DNA of 64,000 nucleotides, from NCBI GenBank assembly GCA_030141605.1, contig JAQGDQ010000587.1, forward strand, positions 71,087-135,086, read 5' to 3'. This document shows, one piece after another, positions 13,670-28,935 of this stretch (its first letter is position 1; every line of letters starts with the position of its first letter). Source of the DNA: Tubiluchus corallicola (taxonomy: Eukaryota; Animalia; Priapulida). The position numbers were made by a program, and so were the translations under genes. The notes under the pieces were generated by a model. That model was not told where the DNA came from, searched no databases, and worked only from the letters and a program-made list of their open reading frames with translations.

Positions 13670-14325
13670 CAGAGCTGATCAAGATTGTGTAACTTGCAAC
13701 AAAGTCGACCAAGCGTGTTCACATCCTAACAAAGTTGATCAAGAATAGCTATCTTGCAAGAGACCTGACTAAGAGTACCTATTTTGCATTTGATACAGAG
13801 CTAACTAAGAATGTCTATTTTGCAACAAAGCTAATCAAGAATGCTCATTTTGCAAAAGCTGGCGAAGAATGTAGATCTTGCAGCAGAGCTTATCTATATT
13901 TCAAGATCAAGAATGTCTGTCTTGCACCAAAGCAGATCAAGAGTGCCCATCTTGCAACATATAGTGACCTAATATTGTAAAAAGGCCAACCAAGATGTCT
14001 ATCTTGTTGCCATCTTGTATGAAATGATCAAGATTGTCCATCTGTAGCAGTAGCAAAGCTGACCTAGAATGCCTTTCTTGTAACAAAACGGACAAAAAAC
14101 CTCTTTTGCAAAAAAGAAGAATAAGGTAACTTTTCTGCATGAAGGTCGATCAAGAATACTCCTCTTGCAGCAAAATTGCGCAAGATTGTTTCGTTTACAA
14201 CATGCTGATCAAGGATGTCGAGGTTGCAACTGCTAAAGCTGACCAAAACTGCCTAATTTGCAACATTATTAATCATAGATGTCAATTTACTAATAACAAT
14301 GATCAAGATTTCCTTTTTTGCATCG
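13670..14325. repeat. Old, diverged ~30-bp minisatellite
   Basis: Consensus approx. aagctgatcaagaatgtctattttgcaaca; caaga...ttgca recurs every ~30 bp with indels. Confidence 0.75.
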
Positions 14326-14904
14326 AAAATTTCATTATTTTCCTGCGACGCAGTCAAAATGTAGTTTATCCAAGTGAAAAATTGAGGATGATGGGTGAAT
14401 TAATTACAATATGCAAAATCCAAGCGCTAAATAGATATAAAAATGATGGCTAGAATTACCTAATTCAATAGCCATTAGACGAGATCTGAGACTTAATTCA
14501 CTTATCAGATAATGTGTACAGCGATCGAAGTTGGACGCTTTTGCATCTCACTTTATTACGTCAGCAAACCTAGATTACAAATCTTGCATTCAATACTAAT
14601 AATTATATTTATACACCAATACTGAAAATAAAGTTTATTCAATTGCCATTATTTTTCGATAGGTAACACGTCTGTGATTTCTAGTGGAAGATCCGGGATT
14701 CTGGTGCAAATACCACGTGACCATAGATGTTGGTGGTTCTAGCTGCTGACATTGACGTAGAGTTGAGAAAGAGGAACGTTGAGCATGCGCACTAGGGTTT
14801 CAGTTTCTTTACTTTTAAGGATAAAAGGGTCCACACTTTCCTAAAGTTCTTTTGATTGCATTGCAATTTCAACACTATTAATATTCAATTTTACTGACCG
14901 TTAC

Positions 14905-15375
14905 AAATTTCTGTGAAATTCACGCCAACTCACAATTTGTTTCAAACGACTTACCGTTAAAATGGCTGCGCTTAACGGTCAAATTAAACAGTTTAAATTT
15001 ACTAGTTTTATACAGCGTTACTGTTAACGCAAGCTCTCTATGCAACGAGGCAGTAAGTATGTGACACAAAATTTCAAGGCATTTTTAGCTTCATGTGAAA
15101 CCAAAATACACATTATCGACCTTATTAACAATACAAAGCAGTTAGTTCTTTTGCTTACGAATGAGATACGAATGCCCTGATTAGTTTTTCAAACTTTATT
15201 CGATGCTACCTAATCTTGTTTCAAATGATCTACCATCAAAATGGCTGGGAATTTCAATTTTCAAGTTTTTATACAGCGTTACTGCTAGCGCAAGCCCTGC
15301 ATGCAGCAAGGCGGCAGTATGTATGTGACACAAAATTTTAGCTCTGTGTAAATAAAGGGTTTTCTTGTGTTTTAG
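14905..15375 (+). mobile_element. Two adjacent partial Family C repeats
   Basis: The core aaaatggctg...ttttatacagcgttactg.ta.cgcaagc...gtgacacaaaattt occurs twice (near 14960 and 15240) and is shared with 31700, 38740, 46668, 24890(-) and 48045(-). Confidence 0.7.
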
Positions 15376-16409
15376 CTATTTGAATGTTTTCCAGTAATAG
15401 ACTAGTTTACTGATCCAAGGTTCAATGGTAACGTTTACTCTCTTGCATTCCTCGCATAGTTTTCATTTCAACGTTTCGGGTACAGCTACAGCAACTCCCC
15501 CCCGCCCCCACTCGCAACCGTTGCTGCTACCGCATATTATAAGTGCAAAAAAATTGGCACTACGCCAAACGAAAGCTATTTTCTGATAAGGTAATAAAAT
15601 GCGACAATATAGAAAATATAGAACTTGCAAGACATATTTAGAGTACAACGCGGTGCATTCCTGCACGCCTTGAGTATACATGCAAAAACAAAGATAGTAA
15701 CATGGGCAAAATTCATAGTAACAATAAACAATGTCGATAATCACCCCTGTATACAACGACATACCGCCTAGTTGCATTCACTCCAACACACGCGCATGCG
15801 TGTTGGATTCAGCCATCGGTTGTAGTATATGAAAAACCATCCTGTCTTCCTTTGTACGAAACTGCACTAGTTTCTTCATTAGCAACATCACAGCAGTCTA
15901 TAACTTTCAGATTTCTGCTCTTGAATAGCTATCACGTACTGTGAGAAGAATTGTTTTGCAATTGCACACGGCGCCACATGCTCTAGGGAAATTCGATGCG
16001 TCTCTCAAAAGTGTTTATCACAAACACGAATAAAACGCATTACTCCAGGGCTCGTGTTTTACAAACGATTTTCATTTTGAAAATTCATTGCTTTGCGTTA
16101 AAAGCACAGATCTATGGTTAAAAGCCTCGGTGACAGCTGAAGCTGCATTTATTGCGAAAAATGCGCAAAATTCGCGTGCACAAATTTGCGTGTCACAATT
16201 ACGGTGTTCTATTATCGATCATAATATCGATTATTGCGCAAATTAATGTAAATGGAGATCCAAAAATAGAGATACGGTTTCTATGTCTAATATTCTTTCT
16301 AAGCTGCTATCTTATAGAGCAATGTAAGTTAAAGCGATTTTTTCACGCTTGAAAAATAACAGGTATTCATTGATAACATTATTATAAAAATCTATAAAAA
16401 CAACAACTG

Positions 16410-17200
<791 letters not shown>

Positions 17201-17809
17201 TAACAAAACTAGCAGCAGACTGACCTTTTTCCCACCTACAGCTAAGCTTGATAATTAAAGTGATTTTAAATCACTGAACGCTGCTTTTTGACTCACAATC
17301 TAAGTAAGAAAACTTTTGCTAATGTACAGACCTTCATCTTTCAACAAAAATTCATGTTTAATAGGCCTATTGCAAAGATCCTAATGTTGTCTACAGCAAA
17401 ACTTCTAATGTTAACACTAATTTATTACTTTAAAAATCATTGCAAAAATTCTAATGTTTGCCCAAGCGAAACCACGTTCATGTCGGTGCTGCAGCTCAAA
17501 CGAATTAAAATGGCGGTTTTTTCCATTTCGGAAATCAGTCGCAAACATGTCGGTCGGTCGCCGTTTCCGGTCGACTTGGGTATCGATTCCGCGCGGCTAT
17601 TAGAAAGTTTGTTGGCTTGAAACGGCAACTGAAGCCAAACTGAGTATTTCTAATGTACAAAACGTGTATTGGACGAGTGCAGCGTAGCGTGACGATTGGC
17701 TTAAGTGTAGGTTAATTTATGTACAATCACTGACGTTTAATCGTGTTATTAAAGCGACCTGTGTAGCTGCTGCTGTATTACGCGGTTTTAAACACCGTCA
17801 AAATATCTA

Positions 17810-18245
17810 ACATTTTTCGGTTTTTTTCACCAGACCTCTTACCTTTGGAATTCTCATCTATTACAAAATTGGCGCAAATTATTCACCTGTTAACTATAAT
17901 CTTAACTGCTTCAAAATGAAGATTTTTAAGGTGTGCTACAGTGTTTCTAAACACCATAAAAACACAGTGTTTAAAGTTCATCCAGTTTTTCTTCCACCGG
18001 GCCTCTTAGCTTTAGAATTCTTATCTGCTACAAAACTGGCACAATTTTTTTACCTGTTAGCTTTAATTTTAACTGCAGGAAGGAAAACGTTTTTGTTCTG
18101 CATTAGAGCATTTCAAAACACTGTCAAAGACAATGTTTAACATTCATCCGGTTTTTTCCACAGGGTCTCTTACCTTTCGAATTCTTACCTGCTGCAAAAT
18201 TGGCACAGATTATTTACCCATTAGCTATCATCTTAACTGCTTCAG
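17810..18245. repeat. Diverged ~170-bp tandem triplication
   Basis: ctcttaccttt.gaattct.a.ct...caaaa.tggc.ca.att...acc..tta.ct...at.ttaactgc occurs near 17835, 18000 and 18165. Confidence 0.8.
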
Positions 18246-18483
18246 TCTGCGTACCACTAGCAGAATAGTGGTTACCCAGAATTCTATTTATTAGACTTTT
18301 CACATTTTTGCTGGAGTTTTTTTATTCTGACCAGCCACTGCCATTGCTCGCGGCGATCAGAATAAAAAATTTCATGTTCCAAATCCATGTTTTTCCTAAT
18401 TAAATAGTTCGGCCACAAGACATGGAAGCAAACATCTACACTGTTGAGCAAAGAGGCAAAAACTTGAAGTAAACAAAACATAA

Positions 18484-18545
18484 ATCTCCACCTAGTATCG
18501 AACCCGGGTCCTTCTGCCTTCTAGACAGACACTTTTCGCAACCTT
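18484..18545 (-). mobile_element. Degenerate tRNA-derived (SINE head-like) fragment
   Basis: The minus strand reads ...tctagaaggcagaaggacccgGGTTCGATACtaggtggagat (B-box, T-arm-like). No intact cloverleaf. Confidence 0.35.
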
Positions 18546-20759
18546 TGATGTGCAAATTTTGTTATCACTACAAGTCGGTAGGACATAAACACCCACATAA
18601 GTTAATCTATACAACTTTAATACATATAATCTATATCTTTTTTGTGCAAAAGGTTTATTGATTTTTCTACCCACGCGTTGAACACTGTACATCTGCCCAC
18701 TAGTCTGCACTAAATTATCTTTATTTATCTTATTTACACAAGAGTAGGGAAACGATTCTGCTATACGAACCACCTACTACATAGGTATGTTTACATTACG
18801 CTACACACACAACCTAGAATCTATTTTTGACCATCCATGCGTCATCAATGGCTTCATGCGTCATCCATGGCTTCCATGGGTGCAATACCCCAGGTCAAGC
18901 ATAACGTTCACACATTTGACCCAAGTTGCTTCGTGAACTTTCCCACTGCTAAACCTAGTGTAGGGCTGTTTAGGCACCTGACTATAATAAGCTTTCCCAG
19001 GGCATTTTTAGACATGGTGCAACTTCCTGCAAATTCAGTTTCTACCCTCGGGCTTCTTATCTGTGGAATTCTCCACCACGAATTTTAAATTTAATTTTGC
19101 TACTTAATTTGATTTTTTCGACACGTATTCGTATCTTTACCTTCTTTGCTGGATGCTTTTCTACCATGCTTAGTCTTTGTTATTTAATGCTCCTGTTTAG
19201 AACGACTTGTACAAAAGCGTGACATAAATTTCATGGTATTTTTAGCTGCAGGGGAAAATTGAAAACTCACAAATATTGCGCTTTAAAGGAAAGACCAGGC
19301 ATTCTGGGAAATTAGGCCTATTTCAATGCTGGGGAAAAATGTTAGAAAGATTTAGCAATATTAGTGTTATAAGTGTCTCGTGTAATTAGCAAAATCACTT
19401 AGAAGTCACGATCATTTAACGTTATTTCTCCCACCAGTGACGTCATTCATCAACTGAAGAAAATCAGGACACTGTGAATTACCGTCAAAAGAAGTTTTTA
19501 CAAAAAGACAGATTGGTTATTTTGTAATATTTTTGCTTATGCAGAGTGCAGCAAAGCGCGCCTACGTAATGCGATGATGCGCTTACAAAAAATCACAAAG
19601 TCCACCAATTACGTCATAATTTTCGGGTGAATTGCTGTTACCACTGCGCCTGAAAATTTCTATTCAGAGGTAGTATAAATCAACTTTATGGATTTTGGAC
19701 AGTTTTTTCAAATTTCTTTGTTTTATTTTTCTAAGTTTAAGCGGTAAGAGTAAAATAAACACAACAGGCAAAGGGACATGTACTTTCCTTCAACACTGAT
19801 TTAATAAAAAGCTTGAAAACGAACTAGGTTTTGTGTATTTCTTCAAGTTAACTTGAACACCATCAGTATAACATTTACACCCACTCAGAGCGTTCATGTC
19901 CCACTCAAGGTCTGTCAGACTTGATCCTCTTATCTGATCCTGGAAAGTTGACATCCTGGGACAGGCCCTCCTCCTCTCGGAAACATGGTTTATCAGTAGC
20001 GGTGCTTTTGTTGCAACTTCCACTCATTCGTCCACTGAGTTCCATTCATTCAGCTCATTTATTTTATTCTGGCGCATCGAGGCTGCCGTACATTACTGAT
20101 ACTAAAGACGGCATTCATCTAGTTCACGTAGCACACGTTATTCTGAATGGTGACTATTAATCGACTCGCTGATCAATGCCAGGGATCACATTAGCAGCTT
20201 CACGTGCAGGGTGGGAAATGTTCGTCACGTGACAATGCTGGTCAAAATGGCTTCCTTTGACAGGCACAAAGTCGTCTAGAGCAACCTGGTTTTTGAGTAC
20301 GCGCAAGCTGAAGATAATATTGTTAAAACAGGCTTCTACTCAGCATATTCCAAAATGCAGAACGGCTGCTTAAAAATCCGTTTTTCATTGGACCTCTTTG
20401 GAATCCTTGCCAGAGATTGCTTTCATGTTAGCTACAACCTCAAACCCTTAAAATAATGTCAGCAGATACCTCCTATTACGAGTAATTCGTCAAACTTTAA
20501 GGAACTGAATTCGAATTTAAACCGTTCTGCTGTTTGTTTGCCTAGCATTTCAATTGAGAAGTCACGTGAGCGCTGTCATCACAGATGGGGACGAAAGTTT
20601 GTTGGTCCCCCACCAATTTGGGCAGCTTTTCCTGGACACTGCCGCGTAGTTAACACTTTGAAGCCATCCATTCAGGCAGCCATAACTCCAGGGTTTCATT
20701 TCGCTGACCAGCTGAGCTAGAAATCGATTTAGCAGCTCCCAGTAGTAAACATGATGAAG

Positions 20760-22275
20760 TATGTGAGTTATGTTTGAACGAGTCACGTCTAAAAGTGTTG
20801 AGATTTGTGAGTTATATTTAAATAAGTCACGTCTAAAAGTGTTGAGATTTGTGAGTTATATTTGAACGAGTCACGTCTCAAAGTGTTGAGATTTGTGAGT
20901 AATATTTGAATAAGTCACGTCTAAAAGTGTTGAGATTTGTGAGTAATATTTGAATAAGTCACGTCTAAAAGTGTTGAGATTTGTGAGTAATATTTAAATA
21001 AATCACGTTTAAAAGTGTTGAGATTTGTGAGTTATATTTGAATAAGTCACGTCTAAAAGTGTTGAGATTTGTGAGTTATATTTAAATAAGTCACGTCTAA
21101 AAGTGTTGAGATTTGTGAGTTATATTTAAATAAGTCACGTCTAAAAGTGTTGAGATTTGTGAGTTATATTTAAATAAGTCACGTCTAAAAGTGTTGAGAT
21201 TTGTGAGTAATATTTGAACGAGTCTCGTCTAAAAGTGTTGAGATTTGTGAGTTATATTTGAACGAGTCTCGTCTAGGAGTGTTGAGATTTGTGAGTTATA
21301 TTTGAACGAGTCTTGTCTAGGAGTGTTGAGATTTGTGAGTTATATTTGAACGAGTCTCATCTGGAAGTGTTGAGATTTATGAGTTATATTTGAACGAGTC
21401 TCGTCTGGAAGTGTTGAGATTTGTGAGTTATATTTGAACGAGTCTTGTCTAGGAGTGTTGAGATTTGTGAGTTATATTTGAACGAGTCTCATCTGGAAGT
21501 GTTGAGATTTGTGAGTTATATTTGAACGAGTCTCGTCTAGGAGTGTTGAGATTTGTGAGTTATATTTGAACGAGTCTCGTCTGGAAGTGTTGAGATTTGT
21601 GAGTTATATTTGAACGAGTCTCGTCTAGGAGTGTTGAGATTTATGAGTTATATTTGAACGAGTCTCATCTGGAAGTGTTGAGATTTATGAGTTATATTTG
21701 AACGAGTCTCGTCTGGAAGTGTTGAGATTTGTGAGTTATATTTGAACGAGTCTCATCTGGAAGTGTTGAGATTTATGAGTTATATTTGAACGAGTCTCAT
21801 CTGGAAGTGTTGAGATTTATGTGTTATATTTGAACGAGTCTTGTCTAAAAGTGTTGAGATTTGTGAGTTATATTTGAACGAGTCTCGTCTAAAAGTGTTG
21901 AGATTTGTGAGTTATATTTGAACGAGTCTTGTCTAGGAGTGTTGAGATTTGTGAGTTATATTTGAACGAGTCTCATCTGGAAGTGTTGAGATTTATGAGT
22001 TATATTTGAACGAGTCTCGTCTAGGAGTGTTGAGATTTATGAGTTATATTTGAACGAGTCTCGTCTAGGAGTGTTGAGATTTGTGAGTTATATTTGAACG
22101 AGTCTCGTCTAGGAGTGTTGAGATTTGTGAGTTATATTTGAACGAGTCTCGTCTAGGAGTGTTGAGATTTGTGAGTTATATTTGAACGAGTCTCGTCTAG
22201 GAGTGTTGAGATTTGTGAGTTATATTTGAACGAGTCTCATCTGGGAGTGTTGAGATTTGTGAGTAATATTTGAAT
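20760..22275. repeat. 44-bp minisatellite, ~34 copies
   Basis: Unit gagtctcgtctaggagtgttgagatttgtgagttatatttgaac; period 44 (agtcac at 20825 and 20869). Confidence 0.97.
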
Positions 22276-22484
22276 TATAAGCACTGGGTTGGAAATATTG
22301 TCCTAACAATTTTCTAAAACGTTTTCGAAATGAATCTATTTCATTCTTTTGACAATGTTTGACTAACTGAATTTTGTTTCAAAGCACATCGTCCATGGCT
22401 TCTCTGGATAACTAACCTGACTTTCCGTTACGATGGCTTGATTGCTTTCTACTCTATCAAAAGTACTTCCCAGCCTGCTAACAG

Positions 22485-22886
22485 TCCGGGACAGATTTTG
22501 ACTTTTGGGGCACCTGGGCTAATGAAATTATGGGGCCACCTCAGACCAAGCCACCCTCTAACTTTCTCGTACTCGCCTCGAATATTTCTACTTGATATAT
22601 TTTAGCAAAATTTAAAAGCTGGGGGGTGGACCGTACTTCAAATAAAGGGTTTCAAAGAGGGGCCTTTATCTTAAATAAAGGGCCTGAAAGAAAGGCCGTT
22701 TATCTCAAAGAAAAGGGCTTCGAACAGGGATCCTCTATTTCAAACGAGGAGAAACTTTAAAATTGGATTTTTAGATTTCCTGGCTTTCTTTTTTAAAGTC
22801 AGAAATGCAAAGTAGCCCCCCCCCCCCTCAAGCTGAGGGGCCCTAAACTGCAATCTGTAGTAATCTATATTGTAATCCGGCCCTGT
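22485..22886. mobile_element. Degenerate MITE with CAGGGCCGGATT-type termini
   Basis: Right end aatccggccctg; left end ccgggacagatt (degenerate). GC-rich subterminal ggggccc motifs and short internal repeats (aaataaaggg). No clear TSD. Confidence 0.45.
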
Positions 22887-23844
22887 TCCTAGTGTTATCG
22901 TTCACTGTGCACAGAGCTCATAGATACAGGCAATTATCTCAGTATTATACTGAACCATTTTGAAAAATGCGAGAAAAATTTGCTTGTAAAAGTCACGCCT
23001 ACAATGCTCTAGGAGAGTTATCACTATGGCTTTATCATTGATACAGGTATCCTATTCATTAGTACCAATTATGGACATTAGTCGTGTGCAGAGAAAGATC
23101 AAAGACCGCCGACAGCTACTGTAAATTACACAGCTTCAGATGGTTACTTTGATATAGAATCACATGGGGATAAGTCGTTCACTTTGGCAATACCAGAAAT
23201 CTTCGCAATATCAATAATGCATACGCACCGCAGACCTTAGCGACGACAAAGCTGCCACCTACGCAAAGGAATATTGAATCAAAGAATGAGAAATAACTTT
23301 AACGCGCTGATGAGGAGCATGTAACTTGGATACCTCACAGATTTAGGAAGTTTTTAACTAAATAATCAAACAGCTAAATTTCGACAAGAAGTAGGCAAGT
23401 GAAGCATTTTCGAAGCTTACACACCACAAGTAATTTAAAAACAAAAATTGTATATATCTATTCACATTTCACAAACTTGAAAAAATGCATTTGTGTATGA
23501 TGTACAACGGACTTAACAACATAGATCTGTCACATTCACACGTCCATCTGCAAAAAAAGAGAATTCGACAACCCCTTGAAAAAAATCAAGCGGTTAAACT
23601 AGCAAACTATTTCTCATATTTTATGTAAAATAACCGCAAGAATATGGCAGTTAATTCACGCCTCAGCATTTAAAGCTTGAGTCGTGACTTGGTGATAAAG
23701 CTCAGATAACTCGCTTGTATAAAATCAGGTTCAAAGCTCGGATCAGTTTGCATTAAGGCTGTCAGGTACAGTTGATAACTGTGCAACATAGTTAGCATGG
23801 ATTACTGTAACTACACTCTGTAATTCTCCATGTTGCACTAAAAT

Positions 23845-24385
23845 CACCATCATCACCGTCATTGTCATCATCATCATCAACAGCATCAGCATTTTCGTCA
23901 CTATCGCAATCGTCAATATCATCATCAATATCATTCATCACAAAAAATAACTGCCACCATCCATCACCACCTCCACAACAACAGCAACTGCAACAACTAC
24001 TACAACACTACTATCACCACCACCACTATCATTACCATTATCATCGTCATCATCATCATCAACAGCATCAGCATTTTTGTCACTATCACAATCGCCAATA
24101 TCATTCATCACCACCACCACAACAACAGCAACAGCAACGACTACTACAACACTACTATCACCACCACCACCATCATTACCATCATCATCGTCATCATCAT
24201 CATCAACAGCATCAGCGTTTTCGTCACTATCGCAATCGTCAATATCATTCATCGTTTCAGTCAATCAGGGAGAGACCACAACAACAGCAACAGCAACAAT
24301 TACTACAACACTACTATCACCACCACCACCACCATCATTACCATCATTATCATTATCATCATCGTCATTATCACCATTGTCATCA
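23845..24385. repeat. Compound trinucleotide (CAT/CAC/CAA) array with higher-order triplication
   Basis: The block caacagcatcagc.ttt..gtcactatc.caatcg.caatatcat occurs three times. Confidence 0.9.
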
Positions 24386-24889
24386 ATACGTAATCGTCCT
24401 TGATATCATCGTACTAATTTCTCCACAAATAAAACGAAATCACGGCTAGATCCGACCGCCCCAGCAATCAGCAATCTCACCACACTAGTCTGAATACGAA
24501 ATGTTCCATTGTTCTTTTCGGCTAAAGAAAACTGCACAAATTCTATGCAGGATTAGCGCGGATTAAAGGCGTGATCCACACAAAATAACACTGAATCAGA
24601 ACTATTTACATTCCTGAACGCCCCCGCAATTGCATGCCAGTGAACCGAACTCACAGGCGGGTGAGTTTTTGCGCTCGTTTTTAACAGCCGGGAGCTTTGA
24701 GTTACTGGCAATTTACGTAACACGGGGGTTGTGAAACGGGCTCACCCAACACTCAGGGGTGCTACTGGGTGTCTAGGGCTGGAAAATTTCTCAGTATCTT
24801 CGCTGTGACTTGATTATCTTTACGTCAGACAATAGTTTTGTTCAATGATATTTGTTCTGGCGTATAATTAAAAGGTAAGATACGCATTA

Positions 24890-25482
24890 CTTAGGCAAAG
24901 CTAAAAAAACACTTTGAAATTTTGTCACCTGATTATCTGGGTGCAGAGCTTGCGTTGGCAGTAACGCTGTATATAACTTGTAAATATAAACTCCTGCGAT
25001 GACCGTTAAGCGCAGCCATTTTAATAGTAAATCATTTGAAACAAGTTTAGATAACATTGCGTGAAGTTTGAAAAAAGAATCAGATCATTCGTAGCACTTT
25101 TCGCTAAGCAAAAGTTTAAATTACTTTATCTTGTCAATACGTTTTTTGGTGCACACTGTGAAGATAAATCAGTGGTGCACACTGTGAAGATAAATCAGTG
25201 GTGCACACTGTGAAGATAAATCAGTGGTGCACACTGTGAAGATAAATCAGTGGTACACACACTGTGAAGATAAATCAGTGCAGTGTTACCAGTTGGCGCG
25301 AATATTTTAATTTATTAATAATTTTCTTTTCTAGTTATTAGTCTTCCAAGTAAGAAAGCATAATGGCACTTAATATAACTTTGCAGGGAAAGTATTTTGA
25401 GAGATAGTTTAACATTGCCTTTTCATCTCTTTGTTTACGGATATGACGTCACGCACTTTAAAATTCCCTTTTCTTCCCCTTT
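24890..25482 (-). mobile_element. Family C repeat (reverse) containing an internal 26-bp tandem array
   Basis: Colinear with 48045-48440; terminus aaattcccttttcttcccct. Confidence 0.7.
25148..25280. repeat. 26-bp tandem repeat, 5 copies
   Basis: ggtgcacactgtgaagataaatcagt x5. Confidence 0.95.
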
Positions 25483-25949
25483 ACTTTATTTAGATGTTTT
25501 ATTTGCGCTGTTGTTGTTGTTATGAAGTTACACAAATTCAGGGGAGCGTCTAAGCACATTTTACTAATTACATGAGACGCTTATCACACTTTTATTACTG
25601 AATCCTTACATTTTTCGCGTGTATCGAAATAAGCCTAACTTCCCAGAAGGCTTGGTCTTTCCTTTAATCACTGTTGGGCGCCATTACACCGGTCCTCTAG
25701 ACATTGAGCAAGTCGTAACCAGGAGGCTGTGAATAGGACGAATCATATGTCCATATTTCGCTGATGCACTGCAGCTACTGTTGCTGGACTTTGCAAAACC
25801 TAATCAAGCCTATAATGATTTGCTGGTTAAATGTGTACACAATCAATAGGGGAGTCAGTAATCTCGGGGGAAAGAAGCCATGGTCACGCAATGCTGAACA
25901 AGCTCGTGTGGTGAAAGCTTCGTTATGATGGAATGTTTCCTGAGAAATA

Positions 25950-26820
<871 letters not shown>

Positions 26821-27167
26821 ATACTGTGGTGTTCTGAAAGCTTAATTAAGATCGAATGCAATGCTCACTGTCTATTTGCTTAACAAAGTGAATTGTTACT
26901 AAAATTCACGCATAGAACTTTCACTGGCAACCTTGCTGAGAAATGTTTTTATCTTTGCGTAGGTTTGCATACCTTTAGTTATCATTTACCTGTGGCAACA
27001 GTTAGAATCCCTTTGCAGCAGCAACAGCAACGTGGTGATTTGTATAATTTATGCATAATTAATCGCATACATTTACTTGTCTTCCCTTGCAGCATTTGCT
27101 TACTGTTGTGGTAACTAGAATGAATTACAGCACAGTGGCTGTGTGGCAAACTGATAACTGTAGAAAC

Positions 27168-27268
27168 GATGATGATAATAGATGATGATGATGATGATGA
27201 CGATGACGATGACGATGATAATGATGACGATGACGACGATGATGATGATGATGATGATGATGATGATC

Positions 27269-27361
<93 letters not shown>

Positions 27362-27575
27362 TAATAATAATAATATCAACAACAACAATAACAGCAAGAT
27401 GATGATGATTATAGGCGATGCAAGTGATGAAATAAAAATGTTTCAACCTTATGTGGAATTTGAGTAAACACATTTAACGAAAAACTAAATCTTCTCTTTC
27501 TTCCTCTTCCTCATCCCTCTCTCTCACTCTCTTTCTCTCTCTCTGTCTTTCTTTCTCTCTCTCTCTCTCTCTCCT

Positions 27576-27612
<37 letters not shown>

Positions 27613-27790
27613 CTTCTTCCCCCTCTCTCTCTCTCTCGCTCTTTCTCTCTTCTCGCTGTCTCTCTTTTTTCTTCCCCCTCTCTCTCCTTCCTCCTCTCCC
27701 TCTCATTCTCTCCCCTCTCTCTCTCCTTCCTCCTCCTCTCTCTCTCTCTTTCTCTCATTCTCTCTCCTTTCTCCTATCTATTTCCTTTCT
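27168..27790. repeat. (GAT)n-(AAT)n microsatellite followed by a (CT)n-rich tract
   Basis: Directly visible. Confidence 0.95.
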
Positions 27791-28572
27791 CACTACAAAG
27801 AATAATTACCTAGGACAGGTTTGCTAAAAGCATAAGGAACTATGCAATGCTGCCCCCAGATTTTATTACAACTCACAGGACCATTTAATATACACATTAG
27901 CCGAACATCGCGCATTAATATTCCACAGGGAAACAAGAATATAATCCCTTTAAATAAATGATGGTAGGATTAATATTTAGTAAGTCCTGCTCTGTGGCGG
28001 AGTAAGGGGGAGCAAGAAAACCTCCGAGTCTGCCCCCTTTGATCTGCCTTATATTATGCCTTCCATGAACTTAATAAATTACGTAATTTAAGGAAATTAA
28101 AAAAAGTGGAAATTCGCGGAGAAATCTAAAGATTCTCAAGGGTTCAAAACTGATAATAATGAAGGGGCATAACTACGTTGTGTAAAGGTCACCTAGGCCT
28201 CTGAAGATTCATCCTTACTCAGTACCACCTCTTCGTGTTTGGATACGCCCCCGCCGTTCTGCATAAAACAAACGGCGGAGCTGTTTCTCATCATGGCGGC
28301 GTGGTGCAAAATAAATGCGGTTATGCAATATTCATGAAACGATTGAAAGCAAAAAGCTAATTTATTGAATCTAATTAGCACTCCGAAAATTACTCGCCTA
28401 ATTAACGTTGCTAATCACGTCACGGGTGAAAAGTATGCTGCTGATAATTATGCGCAAATCGAGGCTACGAAAAAGGTGAGGTAGCGAAGCCATTTATAAA
28501 CTTAAAATTTCAAATTCAGTTTGTACAGGTACTCGCAGTATTATTGGAAAAATAACTTTTTTGCTTGGAAAA

Positions 28573-28935
28573 ACAAGACAGGATGATTTTTCAGATACTA
28601 CCCCATTTTCAAGTCCGGTGAAAAGTATACACAATTAATGCTGCATAAGCCTTTCCGATAATTAAATAATAGATAAAAACTTAATTAACGGCGGTCGAGC
28701 CCAACTATTGGTGACATCACAAACTAACATAATTTTCATCAGCAAAAATATTCCTTGAGCGTGTTGCCCCTGTTTGTAAAAGAGAAAATTGAAGTAGAGT
28801 GCTACTGTAAGTGATTCAATGTGTTGTACTAAAGCTCGGTAAGTTTTACGATAAAAATCCAAATTTCAAATCAACCGCTATGCTCACGCGTAAGCTGTCG
28901 AACGTGTGTAGTACGTCACAAACGAACACCTATGA
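28573..28935 (-). mobile_element. Family A MITE, partial, reverse orientation
   Basis: aagacaggatgatttttcagatactaccccattttcaagtcc... is the reverse complement of the Family A 3' half. Confidence 0.75.

Noticed and set aside
23862-24449. His/Gln-rich 195-aa ORF
   Set aside because: It lies entirely within a compound trinucleotide repeat that is open in several frames, and no splice or homology support was seen.
28193-28381. CFMQNGG as the EGF domain of the neuregulin-like gene
   Set aside because: It lacks the six-cysteine EGF spacing in any frame examined.
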